Shown: positions 1 to 13,929, counted from the first letter of the stretch. The stretch is 64,000 bases of DNA from Eledone cirrhosa (GCA_964016885.1 OZ024741.1:254758001-254822000), one strand, 5' to 3'. The notes: a model not told the origin generated them from the sequence alone. A program made the numbers and translations.

Positions 1-925
1 GTGTTCTGACTTACGAGTGTTCTGACTTACGAGTGTTCTGACTTACGAGTGTTCTGACTTACGAGTGTTCTGACTTACGAGTGTTCCGATTTACGAGTGT
101 TTCGGCTTATGAGTGTTTCGACTTACGAATGTTTTTGCTTACGGGTGTTTCGACTTACGAATGTTTTTGCTTACGAGTGTTTCGGCTTACGAGTGATTCG
201 ACTTACGAGTGTTTTGACTTAAGGGTGTTTTGACTTACGGGTGTTGTGAATTACGAGTGTTCCGATTTACGAGTGTTTTGACTTACGGTGTTTCGGCTTA
301 CGAGTTATTCGACTTACGAGTGTTTCGGCTTATGAGTGTTTCGACTTACTAATGTTTTTACTTACGAGTGTTTCGGCGTACGAGTGTTTTGACTTACGAG
401 TGTTTCGACTTACGAGTGTTTTGACTTACGAATGTTTTGACTTACGGGTGTTTCGGCTTACGAGTGTTTCGACTTACGAGTGTTTCGACTTACGAGTGTT
501 TCGGCTTACGAGTGTTTTGACTTAAGGGTGTTTCGACTTACGAGTGTTTCGATACGAGTGTTTCGACTTACGAGTGTTCTGACTTACGATTGTTCTGACT
601 TACGAGCGTTCTGACTTACGAGTGTTCCGACTTACGAGTGTTTCGGCTTACGAGTGTTTCGGCTTACGAGTGTTTCGACTTACGAGTGTTTCGACTTACG
701 ACTGTTCCGACTTACGGGTGTTTCGACTTACGAGTGTTTTGGCTTACGGTGTTTCGGCTTACGAGTGTTTCGAGTTAAGAGTGTTTTGACTTACGCGTGT
801 TTTGACATACGAGTGTTCTGACTTACGAGTGTTCTGACTTACGAGTGTTCTGACTTACGAGTGTTCCGACTTTACGAGTGTTTCGGCTCACGAGTGTTTC
901 GGCTTACGAGTGTTTCGACTTACGA

Positions 926-994
926 AAATAACAAATAGACGCGGTTTCAAATCTCTATGCTTTTCAAATTCATTACATTAATCTTTATTTATAC
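926..994 (+). repeat. 69-bp AT-rich spacer, haplotype A (copy 1 of 31)
   Basis: AAATAACAAATAGACGCGGTTTCAAATCTCTATGCTTTTCAAATTCATTACATTAATCTTTATTTATAC between GACTTACGA and GTTTCGCTTTACGAG; 17/69 G+C. Confidence 0.95.
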
Positions 995-1311
995 GTTTCG
1001 CTTTACGAGTGTTTCGACTTACGAGTGTTTCGACATACGAGTGTTTCGACTTACGAATGTTTTTGCTTACGGGTGTTTCGACTTACGAATGTTTTTGTTT
1101 ACGAGTGTTTCGGTTTACGAGTGTTCCGACTTACGAGTGTTTTGACTTACGCGTGTTTTGACATACGAGTGTTTCGATACGAGTGTTCTGACTTACGAGT
1201 GTTCTGACTTACGAGTGTTCTGACTTACGAGTGTTCTGACTTACGAGTGTTCCGACTTTACGAGTGTTTCGGCTCACGAGTGTTTCGGCTTACGAGTGTT
1301 TCGACTTACGA

Positions 1312-1380
1312 AAATAACAAATAGACGCGGTTTCAAATCTCTATGCTTTTCAAATTCATTACATTAATCTTTATTTATAC
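1312..1380 (+). repeat. 69-bp spacer, haplotype A
   Basis: Same sequence as 926-994; right flank reads GTTTCACTTT. Confidence 0.95.
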
Positions 1381-1970
1381 GTTTCACTTTACGAGTGTTT
1401 CGACTTACGAGTGTTTCGACATACGAGTGTTTCGGCTTACGAGTGTTTTGATTTACGAGTGTTTTGACTTACGGGTGCTTCGACTTACGCGTGTTTCGAC
1501 TTACGAGTGTTTCGACTTACGAGTGTTTCGACTTATGAGTGTTTCGGCTTACGAGTGTTTTGACTTAAGGGTGTTTCGACTTACGAGTGTTTCGATACGA
1601 GTGTTTCGACTTACGAGTGTTCTGACTTACGATTGTTCTGACTTACGAGCGTTCTGACTTACGAGTGTTCCGACTTACGAGTGTTTCGGCTTACGAGTGT
1701 TTCGGCTTACGAGTGTTTCGACTTACGAGTGTTTCGACTTACGACTGTTCCGACTTACGGGTGTTTCGACTTACGAGTGTTTTGGCTTACGGTGTTTCGG
1801 CTTACGAGTGTTTCGAGTTAAGAGTGTTTTTTGACTTACGCGTGTTTTGACATACGAGTGTTCTGACTTACGAGTGTTCTGACTTACGAGTGTTCTGACT
1901 TACGAGTGTTCCGACTTTACGAGTGTTTCGGCTCACGAGTGTTTCGGCTTACGAGTGTTTCGACTTACGA

Positions 1971-2039
1971 AAATAACAAATAGACGCGGTTTCAAATCTC
2001 TATGCTTTTCAAATTCATTACATTAATCTTTATTTATAC
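1971..2039 (+). repeat. 69-bp spacer, haplotype A
   Basis: Same sequence as 926-994. Confidence 0.95.
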
Positions 2040-2977
2040 GTTTCGCTTTACGAGTGTTTCGACTTACGAGTGTTTCGACATACGAGTGTTTCGACTTACG
2101 AATGTTTTTGCTTACGGGTGTTTCGACTTACGAATGTTTTTGTTTACGAGTGTTTCGGTTTACGAGTGTTCCGACTTACGAGTGTTCCGACATACGAGTG
2201 TTTCGGCTTACGAGTGTTTCCGGCTTACGAGTGTTTCGACTTACGAGTGTTTCGACTTACGAGTGTTTTGACTTACGGTGTTTCGGCTTACGAGTGATTA
2301 GACTTACGAGTGTTTTGACTTACGGCTGTTTTGACTTACGAGTGTTCTGACTTACGAGTGTTCTGACTTACGAGTGTTCTTACTTACGAGTGTTCCGACT
2401 TACGAGTGTTCCGACTTACGAGTGTTCTGACTTACGAGTGTTCTGATTTACGGATATTTCGACACTCGAGTGTTTCGAATTACGAGTGTTTCGACTTACG
2501 AGTGTTTTGACTTACGGGTGTTTTGACATACGAGTGTTTCGATACGAGTGTTTCGACTTACGAGTGTTCTGACTTACGAGTGTTCTGATTTACGAGTGTT
2601 CTGACTTACGAGTGTTCTTACTTACGAGTGTTCCGACTTACGAGTGTTCCGACTTACGAGTGTTTCGGCTTACGAGTGTTTCGGCTTACGAGTGTTTCGA
2701 CTTACGAATGTTTCGACTTACGAGTGTTCCGACTTACGGGTGTTTCGACTTACGAGTGTTTTGGCTTACGGTGTTTCGGCTTACGAGTGTTTCGAGTTAC
2801 GAGTGTTTTGACTTACGCGTGTTTTGACATACGAGTGTTTCGATACGAGTGTTCTGACTTACGAGTGTTCTGACTTACGAGTGTTCTGACTTACGAGTGT
2901 TCTGACTTACGAGTGTTCCGACTTTACGAGTGTTTCGGCTCACGAGTGTTTCGGCTTACGAGTGTTTCGACTTACGA

Positions 2978-3046
2978 AAATAACAAATAGACGCGGTTTC
3001 AAATCTCTATGCTTTTCAAATTCATTACATTAATCTTTATTTATAC
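2978..3046 (+). repeat. 69-bp spacer, haplotype A
   Basis: Same sequence as 926-994. Confidence 0.95.
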
Positions 3047-5576
3047 GTTTCGCTTTACGAGTGTTTCGACTTACGAGTGTTTCGACATACGAGTGTTTCG
3101 GCTTACGAGTGTTTTGATTTACGAGTGTTTTGACTTACGGGTGCTTCGACTTACGCGTGTTTCGACTTACGAGTGTTTCGACTTACGAGTGTTTCGACAT
3201 ACGAGTGTTTCGGCTTACGAGTGTTTTGATTTACGAGTGTTTTGACTTACGGGTGCTTCGACTTACGCGTGTTTCGGCTTACGAGTGTTTTGACTTACGA
3301 ATGTTTTGACTTACGATTGTTTCGGCTTACGAGTGTTTCGACTTACGAGTGTTCTGACTACGATTGTTCTGACTTACGGGTGTTCTGACTTACGAGTGAT
3401 TCGACTTACGAGTGTTTCGGCTTACGGGTGTTTCGACTTACGAATGTTTTTGCTTACGAGTGTTTCGGCTTACGAGTGTTTCGGCTTATGAGTGTTTCGA
3501 CTTACGAGTGTTTTGACTTACGGGTGTTTTGACATACGAGTGTTTCGATACGAGTGTTCTGACTTACGAGTGTTTCCGCTTACGAGTGTTTCGGCTTACG
3601 AGTGTTTCGACTTACTAATTTTTTTGCTTACGTGTGTTTCGGTGTACGAGTGTTTCAACTTAAGGATGTTTCGACTTACGAGTGTTTCGACTTACGAGTG
3701 TTTCGACTTACGAGTGTTTTGGCTTACGAATGTTTTGACTTACGGGTGTTTCGACTTACGGGTGTTTCGGCTTACGAGTGTTTCGACTCACGAGTGTTTT
3801 GACTTACGAGTGTTCTGACTTACGAGTGTTCTGACTTAAGAGTGTTCCGACTTACGAGTGTTCCGACTTACGAGTGTTTCGGCTTACGAGTGTTTCGGCT
3901 TACGAGTGTTTCGGCTTACGAGTGTTTTGACTTACGAGTGTTCTGTCTACGAGTGTTCTGACTTACTTGTGTTCTGACTTACGAGTGTTCCGACTTACGA
4001 GTGTTTCGGCTTATGAGTGTTTCGACTTACGGGCGTTTCGACTTACGGGTGTTTCGACTTACGAGTGTTTTGACTTACGAGTGTTCTGACTTAGGAGTGT
4101 TCTGACTTACGAGTGTTCCGACTTACGACTGTTTCGACTTACGAGTGTTTTGACTTACGAGTGTTCCGACTTACGAGTGTTTCGGCTTACGGGTGTTTCG
4201 ACGTACGAGTATTTTTGGCTTACGAGTGTTTTGAATTACGATTGTTTCGGCTTACGAGTGTTTCGACTTACGAGTATTTCGACTTACGAGTGTTTTGACT
4301 TATGGGTGTTTTGACATCCGATTGTTTCGATACGAGTGCTCTGACTTACGAGTGTTCTGACTTACGAGTGTTCTGACCTACGAGTGTTCTGACTTACGGG
4401 TGTTCTGACTTACGTGTGTTCCGACTTACGAGTGTTTCGGCTATGGGTGTTTCGACTTACGAGTGTTTCGACTTACGAATGTTTTGGCTTACGAGTGTTT
4501 CGGCTTACGAGTGTTTCGACTTACGAATGTTTTGGCTTACGAGTGTTTCGGCTTACGGGTGTTTCGACTAATGAGTGTTTCGACTTACGAGCGTTTTTAC
4601 TTACGGTGTTTCGGCTTACGAGTTATTCGACATACGAGTGTTTCGACTTACGGGTGTTTCGACTTACGGGTGTTTCGACTTACGAGTGTTTCGACTTACG
4701 AGTGTTCTGACTTACGAGTGTTCTGACTACGAGTGTTCCGACTTACGAATGTTTTGGCTTACGAGTGTTTTGGCTTACGGGTGTTTCGACTAATGAGTGT
4801 TTCGACTTACGAGCGTTTTTACTTACGGTGTTTCGGCTTACGAGTTATTCGACATACGAGTGTTTCGACTTACGGGTGTTTCGACTTACGGGTGTTCTGA
4901 CTTACGTGTGTTCCGACTTACGAGTGTTTCGGCTATGGGTGTTTCGACTTACGAGTGTTTCGACTTACGAATGTTTTGGCTTACGAGTGTTTCGGCTTAC
5001 GAGTGTTTCGACTTACGAATGTTTTGGCTTACGAGTGTTTCGGCTTACGGGTGTTTCGACTAATGAGTGTTTCGACTTACGAGCGTTTTTACTTACGGTG
5101 TTTCGGTTTACGAGTGTTTCGACACACGAGTGTTTTGACTTACGGGGGTTTCGACTTACGGGTGTTTCGACTTACGAGTGTTTCGGCTTACGAGTGTTTC
5201 GACTTACTAATGTTTTTAATTACGAGTGTTTCGGCTTACGTGAGTTTCGACTTAAGGGTGTTTTGACTTACGGGTGTTGTGAATTACGAGTGTTCCGATT
5301 TACGAGTGTTTTGACTAACGGTGTTTCGGCTTACAAGTTATTCGACTTACGAATGTTTTGACTTACGGGTGTTTCGGCTTGCGAGTGTTTCGACTTACGA
5401 GTGTTTCGGCTTATGAGTGTTTCGACTTACTAATGTTTTTACTTACGAGTGTTTCGGCGTACGAGTGTTTTGACTTACGAGTGTTTCGACTTACGAGTGT
5501 TTTGACTTACGAATGTTATGACTTACGGGTGTTTCGGCTTACGAGTGTTTCGGCTTACGAGTGTTGCGACTTACGA

Positions 5577-5645
5577 AAATAACAAATAGACGCGGTTTCA
5601 AATCTCTATGCTTTTCAAATTCATTACATTAATCTTTATTTATAC
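5577..5645 (+). repeat. 69-bp spacer, haplotype A
   Basis: Same sequence as 926-994. Confidence 0.95.
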
Positions 5646-8600
5646 GTTTCGCTTTACGAGTGTTTCGACTTACGAGTGTTTCGACATACGAGTGTTTCGA
5701 CTTACGAATGTTTTTGCTTACGGGTGTTTCGACTTACGAATGTTTTTGCTTACGAGTGTTTCGGTTTACGAGTGTTCCGACTTACGAGTGTTCCGACATA
5801 CGAGTGTTTCGGCTTACGAGTGTTTCCGGCTTACGACTGTTTCGACTTACGAGGGTTTCGACTTACGAGTGTTTTGACTTACGGTGTTTCGGCTTACGAG
5901 TGATTAGACTTACGAGTGTTTTGACTTACGGGTGTTTTGACTTACGGGTGTTGTGAATTACGAGTGTTCCGATTTACGAGTGTTTTGACTTACGGTGTTT
6001 CGGCTTACGAGTGATTCGACTTACGAATGTTTTGACTTACGGGTGTTTCGGCTTATGAGTGGTTCGACTTACTAATGTTTTTACTTACGAGTGTTTCGGC
6101 GTACGAGTGTTTTGACTTACGAGTGTTTCGGCTCACGAGTGTTTCGACTTACGAGTGTTTCGGCTTGCGATTGTTTCGACTTACTAATGTTTTTACTTAC
6201 GAGTGTTTCGGCGTACGAGTGTTTCGACTTACGAGTGTTCTGACTTACGAGTGTTCTGATTTACGGATGTTTCGACACACGAGTGTTTCGAATTACGAGT
6301 GTTTCGACTTACGAGTGTTTTGACTTACGGGTGTTTTGACATACGAGTGTTTCGATACGAGTGTTTCGACTTACGAGTGTTCTGACTTACGAGTGTTATG
6401 ACTTACGAGTGTTCTAACTTACGAGTGTTCTTACTTACGAGTGTTCCGACTTACGAGTGTTCCGACTTACGAGTGTTTCGGCTTACGAGTGTTTTGATTT
6501 ACGAGTGTTTTGACTTACGGGTGCTTCGACTTACGCGTGTTTCGACTTACGAGTGTTTCGACTTACGAGTGTTTCGACTTACGAGTGTTTCGGCTTACGA
6601 GTGTTTTGACTTACGAATGTTTTGACTTACGATTGTTTCGGCTTACGAGTGTTTCGACTTACGAGTGTTCTGACTACGAGTGTTCTGACTTACGGGTATT
6701 CTGACTTACGAGTGTTCCGACTTACGAGTGTTTCGGCTTATGAGTGTTTCGACTTACGAGTGCTTCGATTTACGAGTGTTTCGGCTTACGGGTGTTTCGA
6801 CTTACGAATGTTTTTGCTTACGAGTGTTTCGGCTTACGAGTGTTTCGGCTTATGAGTGTTTCGACTTACGAGTGTTTTGACTTACGGGTGTTTTGACATA
6901 CGAGTGTTTCGATACGAGTGTTCTGACTTACGAGTGTTTCCGCTTACGAGTGTTTCGGCTTACGAGTGTTTCGACTTACTAATGTTTTTACTTACGAGTG
7001 TTTCGGTGTACGAGTGTTTCGACTTAAGGATGTTTCGACTTACGGGTGTTTCGGCTTACGAGTGTTTCGACTTACGAGTGTTTTGACTTACGAGTGTTCT
7101 GACTTACGAGTGTTCTGACTTATGAGTGTTCCGACTTACGAGTGTTCCGACTTACGAGTGTTTCGGCTTATGAGTGTTTCGACTTACGAGTGTTTCGGCT
7201 TACGGGTGTTTCGACGTACGAGTATTTTTGGCTTACGAGTGTTTCGACTTACGAGTGTTTTGAATTACGATTGTTTCGGCTTACGAGTGTTTCGACTTAC
7301 GAGTATTTCGACTTACGAGTGTTTTGACTTATGGGTGTTTGACATACGAGTGTTTCGATACGAATGCTCTGACTTACGAGTGTTCTGACTTACGAGTGTT
7401 CTGACTTACGAGTGTTCTGACTTATGTGTGTTCCGACTTACGAGTGTTTCGGCTATGGGTGTTTCGACTTACGAGTGTTTCGACTTACGAATGTTTTGGC
7501 TTACGAGTGTTTCGGCTTATGAGTGTATCGACTTACGAATGTTTTGGCTTACGAGTGTTTCGGCTTACGGGTGTTTCGACTTACGAGTGTTTCGACTTAC
7601 GAGTGTTTTGACTTACGGTGTTTCGGCTTACGAGTTATTCGACATACGAGTGTTTCGACTTACGGGTGTTTCGACTTACGGGTGTTTCGACTTACGAGTG
7701 TTTCTGCTTATGAGTGTTTCGACTTACGAGTGTTCTGACTTACGAGTGTTCTGACTTACGAGTGTTCCGACTTACGAGTGTTTAGGTTTACGAGTGTTTC
7801 GACACATGAGTGTTTTGACTTACGGGTGTTTCGACTTACGGGTGTTTCGACTTACGAGTGTTTCGGCTTACGAGTGTTTCGACTTACTAATGTTTTTACT
7901 TACGAGTGTTTCGGTGTACGGGTGTTTCGACTTAAGGATGTTTCTATTTACGAGTGTCTCGACTTACGAGTGTTTCGGCTTACGTGAGTTTCGACTTAAG
8001 AGTGTTCTGATTTACGAGTGTTCTGACTTGCGGGTGTTCTGATTTACGAGTGTTCCGACTTACGAGTGTTTCGGCTTATGAGTGTTTCGACTTACGAGTG
8101 TTTCGGCTTACGAGTGTTTCGCCTTATGGGTGTTTCGACTTACGAGTGTTTTTACTTACGGTGTTTCGGCTTCCGAGTGTTTCGACATACGAGTGTTTTG
8201 ACTTACGGGTGATTCGGCTTACGAGTGTTTCGACTTACGAGTGTTTCGGCTTAGGAGTGTTTCGACTTACTAATGTTTTTACTTACGAGTGTTTCGGCGT
8301 ACGAGAGTTTTGACTTACGAGTGTTTCGACTTACGAGTGTTTCGACTTACGAGTCTTTCGACTTACGGGTGTTTTGACTTAGGGGTGTTTCGGCTTACGA
8401 GTGTTTCGACTTACGAGTGTTTTGACTTAAGGGTGTTTCGACTTACGAGTTTTTCGACTTACGAGTGTTTCGACTTACGGGTGTTTCGACTTACGAGTGT
8501 TTTGGCTTGCGGTGTTTCGACTTACGAGTGTTTTGACTTAAGGGTGTTTCGACTTACGAGTGTTTCGATACGAGTGTTTCGGCTTACGAGTGTTTCGACT

Positions 8601-9463
8601 TACGAGTGTTTCGACTTACGAGTGTTCTGATTTACGGATGTTTCGACATACGAGTGTTTCGACTTACGAGTGTTTCGACTTACGAGTGTTTTGACTTACG
8701 GGTGTTTTGACATACGAGTGTTTCGATAGGAGTGTTTCGACTTACGAGTGTTCTGACTTACGATTGTTCTGACTTACGAGCGTTCTGACTTACGACTGTT
8801 TCGGCTTACGAGTGTTTCGGCGTACGAGTGTTTCGACTTACGAGTGTTTCGACTTACGGGTGTTTTGACTTACGGGTGTTTCGGCTTACGAGTGTTTCGA
8901 CTTACGAGTGTTTCGACTTACGGGTGTTTCGATTACGAGTGTTTTGGCTTACGGTGTTTCGACTTACGAGTGTTTCGGCTTACGAGTGTTTTGACTTAAG
9001 GGTGTTTAGACTTACGAGTGTTTCGATACGAGTGTTCTGATTTACGGATGTTTCGACATACGAGTGTTTCGACTTACGAGTGTTTTGACTTACGAGTGTT
9101 CTGACTTACGATTGTTCTGACTTACGAGCGTTCTGACTTACGAGTGTTTCGGCTTACCAGTGTTTCGGCTTACGAGTGTTTCGACTTACGAGTGTTTCGA
9201 CTTACGAGTGTTCCGACTTACGGGTGTTTCGACTTACGAGTGTTTTGGCTTACGGTGTTTCGACTTACGAGTGTTTCACGTTAAGAGTGTTTTGACTTAC
9301 GCGTGTTTTGACATACGAGTGTTCTGACTTACGAGTGTTCTGACTTACGAGTATTTTGACTTACGAGTGTTCTGACTTACGAGTGTTCTGACTTACGAGT
9401 GTTCCGACTTTACGAGTGTTTCGGCTCACGAGTGTTTCGGCTTACGAGTGTTTCGACTTACGA

Positions 9464-9532
9464 AAATAACAAATAGACGCGGTTTCAAATCTCTATGCTT
9501 TTCAAATTCATTACATTAATCTTTATTTATAC
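9464..9532 (+). repeat. 69-bp spacer, haplotype A
   Basis: Same sequence as 926-994. Confidence 0.95.
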
Positions 9533-12236
9533 GTTTCGCTTTACGAGTGTTTCGACATACGAGTGTTTCGACATACGAATGTTTTTGCTTACGGGTGTTT
9601 CGACTTACGAATGTTTTTGCTTACGAGTGTTTCGGTTTACGAGTGTTCCGACTTACGAGTGTTCCGACTTACGAGTGTTCCGACTTACGAGTGTTTCGGC
9701 TTACGAGTGTTTCCAGCTTACGAGTGTTTCGACTTACGAGTGTTTCGACTTACGAGTGTTTCGAATTACGAGTGTTTCGACTTACGAGTGTTTTGACTTA
9801 CGGGTGTTCTGACTTACGAGTGTTCTGACTTACAAGTGTTCTTACTTACGAGTGTTCCGACTTACGAGTGTTCCGACTTACGAGTGTTTCGGCTTACGAG
9901 TGTTTTGATTTACGAGTGTTTTGACTTACGGGTGCTTCGACTTACGCGTGTTTCGACTTACGAGTGTTTCGACTTACGAGTGTTTCGACTTACGAGTGTT
10001 TCGGCTTACGAGTGTTTTGACTTACGAATGTTTTGACTTACGATTGTTTCGGCTTACGAGTGTTTCGACTTACGTGTGTTCTGACTACGAGTGTTCTGAC
10101 TTACGGGTATTCTGACTTACGAGTGTTCCGACTTACGAGTGTTTCGGCTTATGAGTGTTTCGGCTTACGGGTGTTTCGACTTACGAATGTTTTTGCTTAC
10201 GAGTGTTTCGGCTTACGAGTGTTTCGGCTTATGAGTGTTTCGACTTACGAGTGTTTTGACTTGCGGGTGTTTTGACATACGAGTGTTTCGATACGAGTGT
10301 TCTGACTTACGAGTGTTTCCGCTTACGAGTGTTTCGGCTTACGAGTGTTTCGACTTACTAATGTTTTTACTTACGATTGTTTCGGTGTACGAGTGTTTCG
10401 ACTTAAGGATGTTTCGACTTACGGGTGTTTCGGCTTACGAGTGTTTCGACTTACGAGTGTTTTGACTTACGAGTGTTCTGACTGACGAGTGTTCTGACTT
10501 ACGAGTGTTCTGACTTATGAGTGTTCCGACTTACGAGTGTTCCGACTTACGAGTGTTTCGGCTTATGAGTGTTTCGACTTACGAGTGTTTCGGCTTATGG
10601 GTGTTTGACATACGAGTGTTTCGATACGAATGCTCTGACTTACGAGTGTTCTGACTTACGAGTGTTCTGACTTACGAGTGTTCTGACTTACGGGTGTTCT
10701 GACTTACGTGTGTTCCGACTTACGAGTGTTTCGGCTATGGGTGTTTCGACTTACGAGTGTTTCGACTTACGAATGTTTTGGCTTACGAGTGTTTCGGCTT
10801 ACGAGTGTATCGACTTACGAATGTTTTGGCTTACGAGTGTTTCGGCTTACGGGTGTTTTGAATTACGATTGTTTGGGCTTACGAGTGTTTCGACTTACGA
10901 GTATTTCGACTTACGAGTGTTTTGACTTATGGGTGTTTGACATACGAGTGTTTCGATACGAATGCTCTGACTTACGAGTGTTCTGACTTAAGAGTGTTCT
11001 GACTTACGAGTGTTCTGACTTACGGGTGTTCTGACTTACGTGTGTTCCGACTTACGAGTGTTTCGGCTATGGGTGTTTCGACTTACGAGTGTTTCGACTT
11101 ACGAATGTTTTGGCTTACGAGTGTTTCGGCTTACGAGTGTATCGACTTACGAATGTTTTGGCTTACGAGTGTTTCGGCTTACGGGTGTTTCGACTTACGA
11201 GTGTTTCGACTTACGAGTGTTTTGACTTACGGTGTTTCGGCTTACGAGTTATTCGACATACGAGTGTTTCGACTTACGGGTGTTTCGACTTACGGGTGTT
11301 TCGACTTACGAGTGTTTCGACTTATGAGTGTTTCGACTTACGAGTGTTCTGACTTACGAGTGTTCTGACTTACGAGTGTTCCGACTTACGAGTGTTTAGG
11401 TTTACGAGTGTTTCGACACATGAGTGTTTTGACTTACGGGTGTTTCGACTTACGGGTGTTTCGACTTACGAGTGTTTCGGCTTACGAGTGTTTCGACTTA
11501 CTAATGTTTTTACTTACGAGTGTTTCGGTGTACGAGTGTTTCGACTTAAGGATGTTTCGATTTACGAGTGTCTCGACTTACGAGTGTTTCGGCTTACGTG
11601 AGTTTCGACTTAAGAGTGTTCTGATTTACGAGTGTTCTGACTTGCGGGTGTTCTGATTTACGAGTGTTCCGACTTACGAGTGTTTCGGCTTATGAGTGTT
11701 TCGACTTACGAGTGTTTCGGCTTACGAGTGTTTCGCCTTATGGGTGTTTCGACTTACGAGTGTTTTTACTTACGGTGTTTCGGCTTCCGAGTGTTTCGAC
11801 ATACGAGTGTTTTGACTTACGGGTGTTTCGGCTTACGAGGGTTTCGACTTACGAGTGTTTCGGCTTACGAGTGTTTCGACTTACTAATGTTTTTACTTAC
11901 GAGTGTTTCGGCGTACGAGAGTTTTGACTTACGAGTGTTCTAACTTACGAGTGTTCCGACTTACGAGTGTTCCGACTTACGAGTGTTTCGGCTCACGAGT
12001 GTATCGGCTTACGAGTGTTTCGACTTACGAGTGTTTCGACTTACGAGTGTTCTGATTTACGGATGTTTTGACATACGAGTATTTCGATACGAGTGTTTCG
12101 ACTTACGAGTGTTCTGACTTACGAGTGTTCTAACTTACGAGTGTTCTGACTTACGAGTGTTCTGACTTACGAGTGTTCCGACTTACGAGTGTTTCGGCTC
12201 ACGAGTGTATCGGCTTACGAGTGTTTCGACTTACGA

Positions 12237-12305
12237 AAATAACAAATAGACGCGGTTTCAAATCTCTATGCTTTTCAAATTCATTACATTAATCTTTATT
12301 TATAC
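12237..12305 (+). repeat. 69-bp spacer, haplotype A
   Basis: Same sequence as 926-994. Confidence 0.95.
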
Positions 12306-13860
12306 GTTTCGCTTTACGAGTGTTTCGACTTACGAGTGTTTCGACTTACGAGTGTTTCGGCTTACGAGTGTTTTGACTTACGAGTGTTTTGACTTACATG
12401 TGTTTCGACTTACGCGTGTTTCGACTTACGAGTGTTTCGACTTGCGAGTGTTTCGACTACGGGTGTTTCGACTTACGAATGTTTTGACTTACGGATGTTT
12501 TGACTTACGGGTGTTTCGGCTTACGAGTGTTTCGACTTACGAGTGTTTCGACTTGCGAGTGTTTTCACTTACGAGTGTTTTGACTTACGGTGTTTCGGCT
12601 TACGAGTGTTTCGACTTACGAGTGTTTTGACTTACGGGTGTTTTGACATACGAGTGTTTCGATACGAGTGTTCTGACTTACGAGTGTTCTGACTTACGAG
12701 TGTTCTGACTTACGAGTGTTCTGACTTACGAGTGTTCTGACATACGTGTGTTCTGACTTACGAGTGTTCCGATTTACGAGTGTTTCGGCTTATGAGTGTT
12801 TCGACTTACGAATGTTTTTGCTTACGGGTGTTTCGACTTACGAATGTTTTTGCTTACGAGTGTTTCGGCTTACGAGTGTTTCGACTTACGAGTGTTTCGA
12901 CTTACGAGTGTTTCGACTTACGAGTGTTTCGGCTTACGAGTGTTTTGACTTACGAGTGTTCTGACTACGAGTGTTCTGACTTACGAGTGTTTCGGCTTAT
13001 GAGTGTTTCGACTTACGAGTGTTTCGGCTTATGAGTGTTTCGACTTACGAGTGTTTCGGCTTACGAGTGTTTCGACTTACGAGTGTTTCGACTTACGAGT
13101 GTTTCGACTTACGGGTGTTTCGACTTACGAGTGTTTCGACTACGAGTGTTTCGACTTACGAGTGTTTCGGCTTACGAGTGTTTCGACTTACGGGAGTTTC
13201 GACTTACGAGTGTTTTGGTTTACGGTGTTTCGACTTACGAGTGTTTCGGCTTACGAGTGTTTCGGCTTATGAGTGTTTCGACTTACGAGTGTTTCGGCTT
13301 ATGAGTGTTTCGACTTACGAGTGTTTCGGCTTACGAGTGTTTCGACTTACGAGTGTTTCGACTTACGAGTGTTCTGATTTACGGATGTTTCGACATACGA
13401 GTGTTTCGACTTACGAGTGTTTCGACTTACGAGTGTTTTGACTTACGGGTGTTTTGACATACGAGTGTTTCGATACGAGTGTTTCGACTTACGAGGGTTC
13501 TGACTTACGATTGTTCTGACTTACGAGCGTTCTGAATACGAGTGTTTCGGCTTACGAGTGTTTCGGCTTACGAGTGTTTCGACTTACGAGTGTTTCGACT
13601 TACGAGTGTTCCGACTTACGGGTGTTTCGACTTACGAGTGTTTTGGCATACGGTGTTTCGACTTACGAGTGTTTCGAGTTAAGAGTGTTTTGACTTACGC
13701 GTGTTTTGACATACGAGTGTTCTGACTTACGAGTGTTCTGACTTACGAGTGTTCTGACTTACGAGTGTTTTGACTTACGAGTGTTCTGACTTACGAGTGT
13801 TCCGACTTACGAGTGTTCCGACTCACGAGTGTTTCGGCTTACGAGTGTTTCGACTTACGA

Positions 13861-13929
13861 AAACAACATATAGACGCGGTTTCAAATCTCTATGCTTTTC
13901 AAATTCATTACATTAATCTTTATTTATAC
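13861..13929 (+). repeat. 69-bp spacer, haplotype B
   Basis: Starts AAACAACATATAGACGCGG (two substitutions vs A). Confidence 0.95.

Noticed and set aside
926-994. Spacer as an actively inserting, site-specific transposon
   Set aside because: There is no clean target-site duplication or coding capacity. Flanking monomer variants are co-inherited with each haplotype, which fits one origin followed by block duplication.
926-994. Spacer as tRNA, 5S rRNA, spliced-leader or other known ncRNA
   Set aside because: No cloverleaf, A/B boxes, Sm site or recognisable family sequence was seen. An Rfam search would be needed to exclude this formally.
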